NCBI GenBank assembly: GCA_965213685.1
Contig: CBDBZY010000064.1
Coordinates: forward strand, 352,001 to 416,000
Length of the DNA stretch: 64,000 nt
Source of the DNA: a bacterium
GTDB taxonomy: Bacteria > UBA8248
Direction: 5' to 3'
The first letter of the stretch is position 1, and every line of letters starts with the position of its first letter. A model generated the notes under the pieces. That model saw only the letters and a list, made by a program, of their open reading frames with translations, was not told where the DNA came from and did not search any database. This document shows positions 52,104 through 64,000 of this stretch, one piece after another. The translations under genes were made by a program, and so were the position numbers.

Positions 52104-52930
52104 CTGTGATAGGAGGAGGGGGGGAGGGGAGGAATGAGGGAGGAATGGAGGGAACAGGGAGAGTATCCTAAAATCTGTGTTGTTTCCTTTTCAATTGCAT
52201 GTGCTATACCTATTTTCATGTATAATTATTTCATAATATCTATGTTTTTGTGTATATTACATAGATGCTTATTGCTATTTGTTTCTGTAATATATAGACT
52301 TTCATTCCTTGTATATTCTCTATGGACAATTTAGTCACACCCACTGAATATTGCAAAGTCGAACCCTTTTTGTTGGATTCCCGAAATACAGACATCACAA
52401 TCATTCTGCCAAACACGCAGAGTCTTAAACGCATGACCATATAAACTTGCACATATCAACACTTCAGATCCTCTATATGTCGCATTACCAACATCCACCT
52501 CTTTAGGCCTACCTCCCAATACAACGTACTGTAAAATATCGTGGACACAATGGATAACAAAGCTCGCTAGGCTGTAGCTACAACTATAATAAGTTCAAAA
52601 AAGTCACTTGACTCTAGTCTCGTAAGCCACACCTCTTAAAGGGAGTCTGATTCATGAGACTAGCTCAACTTGGCAGGTACATGTTCATGTATATGCATTC
52701 ACACTACTGATCTTCACATCAAGGGTGGTCCTAGCTTTGGTGTCCAGTACACATGGCAGCCTCTCATGAACGATTGGATTAGCAGCGAAGTAAGATCTCT
52801 ACTAGCTGGCCTACGGGCTGACTTGCCGTCTACAGCACAGACGGCTGGTCTCAGGTCTCCAAGTCCCCACAGCTTGGTACGTGGACTGGCCACCTGCACC
52901 AGCTCCACAGAGCCAGCTCACTCCAGCCAC

Positions 52931-53345
52931 CCAAGTCCAGACAGTCCTTGATGGTGAGGTGGGTCATCATCTTCATGCACAGGAGCAGGTCCTCACACAG
53001 CTCCTCCTCCTCCAGGGACAGGCGGCTGTACTTGCCAACACTGGACTTGGCGTATGCCTGTATGAGACTCAGACACACCTCATCAGTAGAGCTGCAAAGT
53101 GTGTGAGAGAAAATTAGCTATTAATAACCCTGCCTGCTGGCATGCCTCCCTCCCTCCCTCCCTCCCTCCCTCCCCACTCTCCCACTTTCTCTCTCCCACT
53201 CCTGAAATGGAGAGGTATGTTAGAATCAGCCATCACCTCCTCCTCACCATTCTGGAGTCCACTGCCCGCAGGTGGGATACAGTGGTGAAGACGGAGTCAA
53301 AGAGTTTCCATCTGTTAGTCTCCAGAGTGGCCGTCTTCACCAGTC
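52931..53345 (-). pseudogene. XPO4: Exportin-4-like internal exon fragment(s)
   Basis: EVCLSLIQAYAKSSVGKYSRLSLEEEELCEDLLLCMKMMTHLTIKDCLD resembles the recalled XPO4 segment EACLTLLQVYSKNNLG...EEEQYQDLLLIMELLTNLLSKEFID. Isolated and frame-broken. Confidence 0.6.
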
Positions 53346-53349
53346 CAAT

Positions 53350-55130
53350 TGATGGTGCAGTAGAGAGTTAGTTTTCAGCAAACACTTAACAAATTTCTTC
53401 CATGATTTGCAAGTCCAGGGGCTATCCATAAACTGCATGACTCAGGTCAGGTAGATCGAGAAGGTCTGGCCACACTGGGGTGGAACCCTTTTTGGCATTA
53501 GACAAGACTGGCATTGAAAATCATCTCGGGCAGAGCATCATTAGCCAAAGGAATGGACAAAAGTGAGCTGTCTCTGTTGTACAATGTCATACATACAGGT
53601 TGTTCCTATAGAGAATACAGCAGATGTCCTACATCAAGTTGGTAGCCCCTGGATTGTATGAAGGATTTTGTGGTGAACACGCTCATGGATGCTAATCTCT
53701 GTGTCTTGGTAACGGACCAGAGTTCACAGCCATACAACAGGAAGACCTTGAATATACTTCTTGCTTCTGGCAGTCTTCCAGGATAAAGGTGATTTACCAA
53801 GAACTAAACACTTGATATCTGTGCATTGAATTCATAGCACCAAGATAAGGCATATGATGATACAATATGTTTGCAGATCAGTGTCTGAGGCAGCAGTGAG
53901 AGCCAGATTGTCAGCATACATTGGTGCACCACAGTAGATTGACTCTATTTTTACACCACAGCAAAGAAGCCAGTATATCAAGAAGATTGTCCACATACAC
54001 TGAGTGGAGAAGAGGGGAGAGAATAGCTCCTTGCCTCACACCTTGTTTTATAGGGAATGGTCAAGAACTCTTGTTGTTCCATCAAACTAGTGCTGGGGAG
54101 TTGCTGTACCAAAAATTAAGAAATTATATATATATATACAGTGGGATGTTCTTGTGATAGAGCTTCACCATAAGTCCGATATGCCATACTGTGTCAAAAG
54201 CCTTCTAGCATCAAGAAATGCAACACAAACTTTCTTCTTCATTTCACGCTGAGATGCAATAGCTTCCTGTAGAACAAAGGCAGTATGTAGGCAGCTGAAA
54301 CATGAGTGAAATCCACTCTGTAATGGATTGAGTGACTCATGAAGACGAGAGAGGAGAAGCTTCTCAAAAACTTTGCTAATGGCGGATAGAAGAAAAATGC
54401 CTTTGTAGTTAGAAGGATTAGAAGGATCTTTATTATGGCTTTTCAGAATTGGTATCACATAAGCATGTCGAAAGCACTTTGGAATACCGGTATCTACAAG
54501 GGAGTATAGAGTTAAATATAAAGGTGGGCAAACAGAGGCCAGTGAACCACCAAAGATGAGATGTTCATTATCTATTTCATCAGGCCCACTGCTTTCCGAC
54601 ACGGGAGGGAGCAGATGGTGTTAGTGACTTCATCCAGTGCAAACACATCAGAACATACATGTATACTATCAGAGGAACAAATTGAGTTGTACTCACAGAT
54701 AAGGTCTAGCTGGGCTGGAGTAAATGGAGTGTTATATGGAATGCTGAGAGATTCAAAGTAATTAGCCCAACCATCCAGTATAGAGTCCCCTTGAAACACT
54801 GGACAATTCACAATGAGTTTGGAGGTACTAGAGGCAGCATTAGCAGGGTTTGTGTGGTTCCTTATAGAGACGATGTGGATCAGAACAGTGCTTATTCATA
54901 AAATTCTGTGTTGAGGTCTCTTCTATGTTGACGGAGGCATGCTCTAAACTTGTTCTTTGCTTCATTAGCTATATGCCAATCGAGCAGGATGATCCATGGA
55001 ACGGGGGCGACCGGCAGCGACCCACTCCCTGTACATATACACACCCGTTGTGCTTCCTTGAGGTAACGATTCCACTTCGGGACCTTGTTTTTGGTATTAC
55101 TTTCTTGGAATATTCATGGTACTAGCTTTC
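53350..55130 (-). mobile_element. Decayed LINE RT, minus strand
   Basis: GWANYFESL, GPDEIDNEHL, PSNYKGIFLLSAISKVFEKL, LQSGF, VAFLDA, QGAILSPLL, YADNL, LLYGCELW. Confidence 0.88.
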
Positions 55131-55377
55131 AGACATTTCCCAAAAGAATGAAGAATATTGTACTGTGAGGTTTATTATCCATGCTACATGTATACCCGCT
55201 GAATTCAGTGCCGAATACTGGAAAGGGGACATAGAAGTTGGTTTCAGATGAGTAGATATAAATATTAATCTACTCAATAAGGGCTTTCGAATGATATGCC
55301 CATCTGGATGATTGCAGTGGGTTCATCACACTGGATGTTCATGCATAAGGAAACCTAATAAGTGAGGGTGCACGTAC

Positions 55378-55472
55378 AGTCTCGTACCCAGACCCCACCC
55401 CCACTCACAAATTTAAATGCGCACGTGCGCGATTAAATTTGTGGGTGGGGGTTGAGGTCTGGGTACGAGACT
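55378..55472. mobile_element. Hairpin MITE just upstream of the sulfotransferase ATG
   Basis: agtctcgtacccagacc...acaaatttaa..gcgcacgtgcgc..ttaaatttgt...ggtctgggtacgagact: a near-perfect palindrome. Confidence 0.75.
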
Positions 55473-55544
55473 AGGCACGTACGTGGGTGTGCCTGTCAGT
55501 GGAACAGACCATTCCAGCCAGTGTTCATCTCATCAAAAGTAGTC

Positions 55545-57318
<1,774 letters not shown>

Positions 57319-58820
57319 GTTCCTATTTTTGTTGTTCAGAATAATATATACATGTAAACATAGATTGGAAATAGAACATTTTTACCACAAGGGGTCTAAT
57401 CATATGCATATAGTCAGCACCATTAGCAGGAGAGCTGCTCAAGTTGCACTGTCCGATGACACAGAGGAGGATAAGATGCATGATGGCACGCCAGATTCAT
57501 AAGATGAGCTATCAAACATTGCATAGGTACCTGGTGATGAATATATTAAGTTTGTTTGGTGACTCAGGCGAAGAAAGGACAAACTTCTGTCCCGAGCATC
57601 AACGATCACTGGCAGCATAGAAGGAAGAATAGGGAGACAAACTTTTGTCCCAAGTAATGACTTCTGCCTGATTCACCTGGTTCACTTACTGGAATCAAGA
57701 AAGACTAATAGTGGTAGTTTGGGAGGGTAGATAGCTTTGTTGCTTCCCTAGCAAGCCATGGTCCTGCAAAATTGTAAGTGGAGTGAGCTTGAACTTTCAA
57801 CTTTTATCCACTGACCAATCAAAATGACCCACCCCTCTTGTAAAGCTGGCTACGGGCCTGTGATATGTACACAATCATGCAGCATGTACTGTGGACCTCT
57901 CCCCACCAAAAAAGGTACTCATGCACTGACACCATGCAACTGCAAGCCAGGTGGAAGCTTCTACAAAACCCTGAAAATTTGAAGAAAGTGTGGGTTGACC
58001 TTTGAAGTGATTATGTCATATATGCATGGTTGCCATAATTACACATTTCGCTACTTGGAGGATGTTACTAGGGTTACCAAAGGGTGTGTGTATGTTTGGT
58101 CCAATTAAAAGCCAATATTATTGAACATTGAAAGTAATCAATTTTTGGTAATTATGGCCTCCAACATACATTGAATATTAATTTCAAACTGCAATTTTTG
58201 ATTTTTGAGATCCAAATTATTTTGGATTTTGAATACTCTCAGAGCACGGTACGTTTGGTCCATGCTAGTTTCAATCCTCAATAGCAAATTAGATATTCAT
58301 TTTGTGATTGATTATTGATTTTAAGCTCCACCTTTTCATTTCAGAGATCCAAATTATATTGAATATTGAATAATGACAGAGTGTGGTATGTTTGGTCCAT
58401 GCTACATTCAATTTTCATAAGCAAATTAGAAATTGGTTTTGTGCTTCATATTCAATATCCAATACAAATTGAAAATTGAATCACGATTCAATATTCAATA
58501 TCCAATATTCAATTTTGAAAAATGAAATTCCTGCAAAGGGCCTACTTTTATTCCCAATTTGTCGAGTTGTTGGAGAACATCCAAAATGAACTAATGTGCA
58601 TTTATTCACCAACTCCTCATAGAGAAGTTATAGGCCAATGCATGGTAGTTATGATGCAATAAATATGATGTAATATAATGACATCATTTATTATCATGCA
58701 GCCTGAGCGAGTACCTCGTACCTCGTACCTCGTACCCAGGCCCCTCCCCGAGGGGCCTGGGTGTGAGGCTAAAGTCAAAGGTCACCAGCTGGGTGCACGT
58801 GCTGTGGCGAAATCGCAAGG

Positions 58821-58892
58821 TAATCAAGTAGCAAGTTGACAGCAGTAATCAAGTAGCAAGTTGACAGCAGTAATCAAGTAGCAAGTTGACAG
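58821..58892. repeat. 25-bp tandem repeat x3
   Basis: taatcaagtagcaagttgacagcag repeated three times. Confidence 0.9.
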
Positions 58893-58945
58893 GAGGTAGG
58901 GGCATGCAGTTCAGTTTTGTGCTACTACTAGACCTATACTACAGT

Positions 58946-60064
58946 TCAGTTCTCTGCTACAGCCCTGCTTGGCCCCTCTGATCCTTGGACCAGTGGCTGG
59001 ATGGTTGTAAGGAAGTCGTCTAACCCTTTGAAGATGCAAGTGCCGGCATACCCACGCTCAGCACGACATCTTGGGCAGCTCTGCATGAGGCCTGATTCGC
59101 CTCTATACCACTGGTCCACGCAAGACTGACAGCCAATCAGAGACTTGCAGCACCGACCAAATATAACTGGAGGAACCATGATGGATTGGCATATGACTCA
59201 TCTAAATGTGCCATTTAGAGCTTTCCGCAGTCCCATCGGAATGGGTAGCTGTTTGTCCACTTCAAAGAGATGGCCAATGCTTTTCCTGAGTCCCCGCACT
59301 TCAGAGAGAAGCTCCTCAAACTCATTCGGCTGTTTGCTGGGCGCAATCCTGCTTCTCTTGGGAAGAGGCATGAACTCATCATCACTGCTGTCTGAATCAA
59401 TAGAGATAGTGGTCTTGTTGGTCTTGGTTGATCGACCTGGTTTCAGGTCAGTCTCTCTGACAGCATATATTCTTCGACTACCAACCTTCTAGAACTGGAT
59501 ACCTGTGTTGTGGTGGAAGACGTACGTACCGTGATAGAGAACATGATGGTGTCCTAGCATACATGCATGTGTAGTGTCACATGGACGCATCCACAGATGC
59601 CTAGTACATGCTGACATTCCTCAATTGCATACGTACCTTGAGCAGAATCGTCAAGTTTCAGACCATCAGAAGTAACCAACACATACCCTGACCCCCATTT
59701 CCTCTGAACCACCTGGCTGACATAATCAAGGTTTGCTGTCCCTTCAGTGACTGTGATGTAGGTCTGGTTTTCATTGTTGAACTCATATTTGCCATTGGAG
59801 AGTTTCTTCATTGTTGCCTGGACCACTTTGACCTTCACAGATACCTCCTTCTTACTGGAGGAGATGGGTTTGCCACCGTAGCTTGGCCCAGGTGTACCCA
59901 ATACCACACTTGTAGAGGGAGGGCGAATATTTACATGCGAACCCTCAACAATGAGAGAGAGAATTGTTACTCCCACACTGGTGGGCAACTGAAAATCGTT
60001 GTCTGCATCCTGGAAGAAGGCTCTCTGACCAAACTTCCCTCAAATAGACCGTATCAGGATCCAC
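58946..60064 (-). pseudogene. Spliced gene with DP-x-x-V-[WY]-L N-terminal domain and C-terminal atypical RING finger
   Basis: VDPDTVYLRE/FGQRAFF...LSLIVEGS...LVTSDGLKLDDSAQ|GIQF*KVGSRRIYAV...FR*VICQS...CCKSLIGCQSCVDQWY...CPRCR. Two stops and a frameshift. Confidence 0.72.
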
Positions 60065-62053
60065 CTGGGTAGACAAAGCATATCAGCACTTGTGACATAG
60101 TACATTTTTAATCTTGTGTTCACAGCTATGAAACAGGGCAGGGCGTTAATGATTCTACATATTGCTGTCACACCATAAACATGCAGTCTGGGCCAAACTT
60201 GTGTGAAGGACAACATTGTTGTTACTTTTTCCAATAGCTCCACCGCATCGCAAACGCGCCCGTGGGAACATGCAGATTTGCACAACTGCTGTGGCTATGC
60301 ATGCAGCTGTAGCCTGTGCATGGGCCTCTTGTATCACTAGGATGCATGTGTGGCGAGCATGCAGCTAACGTGGCCACGTGCTTACACCATTTATATGACA
60401 CAGCCGTAAACCTCTCCCCCCCCCCCCCCAAAAAAGATGCAAAAACCTCCGCTGACAGAGCTGTATATACAGTACGAGGTACGCGGTACCCACTCGGGCT
60501 GCATGATAATAAATGATGTCATTATATTACATCATATTTATTACATCATAACTACCATGCATTGGCCTATAACTTCTCTATGAGGAGTTGGTGAATAAAT
60601 GCACATTAGTTCATTTTGGATGTTCTCCGACAACTTGACAAATTGGGAATAAAAGTAGGCCCTTTGCAGGAATTTCATTTTTCAAAATTGAATATTGGAT
60701 ATTGAATATTGAATCATGATTCAATTTTCAATTTGTATTGGATATTGAATATGAAGCACAAAACCAATTTCTAATTTGCTTATGAAAATTGAATGTAGCA
60801 TGGACCAAACATACCACACTCTGTCATTATTCAGGTGGAACTTAAAATCAATATTCAATATATATTGAAGGTCATCGTCACCAAAAACTGTCATTATCAG
60901 CTAGCAATCCATTGGACTTGGACCATGCATACACACACTTTACAGACATTTCATTCTTTTTTCAAAATTGATTATCGGACAATGAATTTGATTGGATATT
61001 GAATATGAAGCACAAAATGAATATCTAATTTGCTATTGAGGATTGAAACTAGCATGGACCAAACGTACCATGCTCTGAGAGTATTCAAAATCCAAAATAA
61101 TTTGGATCTCAAAATCAAAAAATGCAGTTTGAAATTAATATTCAATGTATGTTGGAGGCCATAATTACCAAAAAATCGATTACTTTCAATGTTCAATAAT
61201 ATTGGATTTTAATTGGACCAAATATACACACACCAAAATGGTGAGTGGACATTGTGGCCATTAAATTTTTTAATAGAATGAACAATGGAAATCACTCTCT
61301 AATTACATGATTCCAAATTTCTATCCCATGAAATAGTGATGCACAGCATGAATTTATATTTGAATTTTTTCATTTTATACTGGATGATGGCTTGCATTGT
61401 ATTTTTGCATTCAATGTTTGTATTTCATGTTTCTTGTTTATGGGTGGGGTAATGTGGCCATTTCACTTGCTAAACAATAGATTTTGAATGTACTCTGTAT
61501 TCCTATTACATCAACTTTCTATATTCCAAAGAAGTAGTGAAGCATGCTCCCGACACAATCTCCCACTTTGATTTTTCCCAAAAGGTTCCGTTTTTTTCAT
61601 CTCTATCACGCTTTCAAATTTCAGAGTTTACTGTGTGCAGGTGGGGTACTATGGCCATTCAATTTGCAAAGAGCATTGAAATCTACCATCACTACTTTAA
61701 TTATCCATTCAGGAAGTAGTGAGGGATGGCCCAACTCATTTATTGTCTGAAGGTTGTAGGTGGTGGCACTGAGGGAAGCCCTAACAATCCATTGTTATCA
61801 AATTGCTGAGGAACTGAAATGATTCATTAAGTACTTGTTTGGAGTGTCTTACACCTTTCAGGGTTCTGTTGTCATACATGTGTTTACAGCAGAGGTTACA
61901 TGCTTGCAATTGGATTTGAAATTCATACATGTATGCAGAACTTGCATAGTCATCAAGCACAGAGTAATGATTACGCACAATCACTTGCAAACTATCTAAA
62001 TGTCATAAGAGGCCATACAGGTATAGCTAACACCAGGAGTCTAACATGGGCAG

Positions 62054-62443
62054 TTACTGAAGTGATACAGAAAGAAACTCCTCTTCCTCCTCCTCCTCCT
62101 CCCCCTCAGATTGATTGGCCTTGTTACTGATCAGAGGAGCAATGCTAGCCAGAAGGTTATCCAACCTTTTTAGCACACTACGTACTTGTTCATCATAACA
62201 ATGAGGACAGCCATGGATCATTATTGGAGCTTCAGAACATCGCTTCTTTCTTACTTGTTGAGCATTGCCAGATTCTGATACTCTCTTGCGTGTGCCAGGC
62301 ACTGCTGGATCAGATCCCTCCACAATTAAACTAAGTGACACCTGGGCAACATCTGGAGGGAGGTCAAACTTCACATTCATTGTGTATGGGAAAAATGCAT
62401 GGCTTCCATACTGCTCCCGTAACCACACAGTGGATGGATCAAG
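62054..62443 (-). pseudogene. Paralogous N-terminal fragment of the gene at 58946-60064
   Basis: LDPSTVWLREQYGSHAFF...FDLP...LSLIVEGS, preceded by an acceptor AG at the same position as in the paralogue. Confidence 0.6.
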
Positions 62444-63414
62444 CTGTGTATGAACACATAGCACATGTTGAATGTTGGATAACGTGGTACACTTCACTTC
62501 CAGCAAGCTATTAATCACATGCATGTACAAGGCATCGAACGCACTAAGCCAAGTAACCTCTCCACAGAAAACAGTGGTTCTAAGAAGGTAGTATGGACTA
62601 TACAGGTGTGTCTATGCTTATCAGAGAGTCGGTAGACTCTCTATGTAGGGATGGCGCCGACACGCCCATAGTGCGTGTACATAGGAAAGCCTTCTTAACT
62701 CGCGAACGCTCGCGTTCTAAGCCTTTCTGGGCCCTTAGCCAGTCGTTCTCTACCCAACAATACCCCCCAAGTAGCTAAAATGCATCCCTTGACTTACTAC
62801 CAGAAAACTCTCCAAAGGTCGTTTTGTCTTTCTTCCTATTCTTCTTCTTAGAGATTTCTTTAGACTAACGTATCTCAAAACTGGCTGAAGTAATCACCGT
62901 AGTTCTTTCACGGATCCACTGTAATCACTACAAAGTACGATCTGCGCTAATAAAACTCTTAGTACGTTCCCAAATGGGCAGAAACTAGAAGTCCCCGACA
63001 ACTTCCCATATTTGGGAAACCATTTTGTAATAGTTATTGTCACTTGGCCCAAATGGTAAGCACGTGAGGGCGGGCCTCGCAAAGCCACGCCTATTAATTA
63101 TAGGTTCGCAAGACGTAGCAAAGGGTGCTCATATCTGATGGCGCGTTCGAACAGCGTCTTACTTCACTATACTATTATGTAGCGGGGATGCGTTGGCCAG
63201 TTAGATACAGTGAGGTACATATGTAGCTACTCTAGCTCAAGAGGTTTTAGAGGGGCTCAGCCCCCAACTTCAGAAATGATGATGTTCAAGCTCCTCCCTA
63301 CCCACCTTAGCAATGGCTGTTATGACCACTGATTTGTTTGCTGGACTTTGAAAGAAGCTTCAGTGGCAAGAACAATACTGTTTATTGGTACTTTTGTGCA
63401 AAAAAAAGGGGATG

Positions 63415-64000
63415 CAAACAAGTATGAAAAACATTTTCAAAAAATGTATAGGGATGTAGGGATGGCTGTGCCAAAAACTACAGAAACTAGGTGTAGGGAT
63501 GGTAGTGTGCAGGCAAGACATGTTATACAAAGACTACACAACTAACCCCATCCCTACATCTTTTTTTTGGCTCAAAAATTGCTCTTCCCAGTAATCTCGT
63601 AGCATAACTCACAGAATGATTTCAGATATAAAAAAGATGAAGGGATGGGGTTAGTTGTGTAGTCTTTGTATAACATGTCTTGCCTGCACACTGCCATCCT
63701 TACACCTAGTTTCTGTAGTGTTTGGCACGACCATCCCTACATCTCTACAAGTATGAAAAACATTTTCAAAAAATGTATAGGGATGTAGGGATGGCCGTGC
63801 CAAAAACTACAGAAACTAGGTGTAGGGATGGCAGTTTTTGAGCCAAAAAAAAAAGATGTAGGGATGGGGTTAGTTGTGTAGTCTTTGTATAACATGTTTT
63901 CCCTGCACACTGCCATCCCTATACCTAGTTTCTGTAGTTTTTGGCACGGCCATCCCTACATCCCTATACATTTTTTGAAAATGTTTTTCATACTTGTTTG
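63415..64000. mobile_element. Foldback/MITE-like element built from alternating direct and inverted ~90-170-bp modules
   Basis: caaacaagtatgaaaaacattttc at 63415 is mirrored at the window end; internal inverted copy ~63640-63745 and direct copy ~63748-63835. Confidence 0.8.

Larger units (their letters stand above)
58083..61234. mobile_element. Long inverted-repeat element (arms ~58083-58735 and ~60470-61234) enclosing a RING-finger pseudogene
   Basis: The arms are reverse complements (e.g. ggtgtgtgtatgtttggtccaattaaaa / ttttaattggaccaaatatacacacacc; catcatttattatcatgcagcc / ggctgcatgataataaatgatg) and contain internal AT-rich sub-repeats. Confidence 0.8.

Noticed and set aside
51307-52219. 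Pro-rich/Gly-rich ORFs
   Set aside because: Derived from intronic G/C tracts around the PARP2 exons.

Overview
Eukaryotic genomic DNA with GT-AG introns, many microsatellites and many transposons. The gene families and repeat style suggest an invertebrate, most likely a demosponge (inference). Apparently intact host genes: two divergently oriented CABIT + coiled-coil + SAM (GAREM/THEMIS-like) paralogues (7406-9632 minus; 32356-44597 plus), a single-exon kinase / coiled-coil / filamin / NHL fusion gene (47785-50151) and a 5-exon WSCD-like sulfotransferase (55545-57318). Decayed host-gene fragments: PARP2 3' exons and XPO4 exons. Mobile DNA: a full-length but decayed Gypsy element with LTRs, PBS, PPT and a 5-bp TSD, carrying a Helitron-like insert in one LTR; an IS3EU-like long-TIR integrase element; a hAT relic split by nested insertions that include an IS630/Tc1-type transposase paired with a convergent SHOCT-tailed ORF; a long inverted-repeat element carrying a RING-finger pseudogene, with a paralogue next to it; four LINE relics; many hairpin/TIR MITEs; and a tRNA-like repeat with an intact cloverleaf and a CUA anticodon. 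All calls come from reading the sequence by eye. No searches were run, and the boundaries of decayed elements are approximate.
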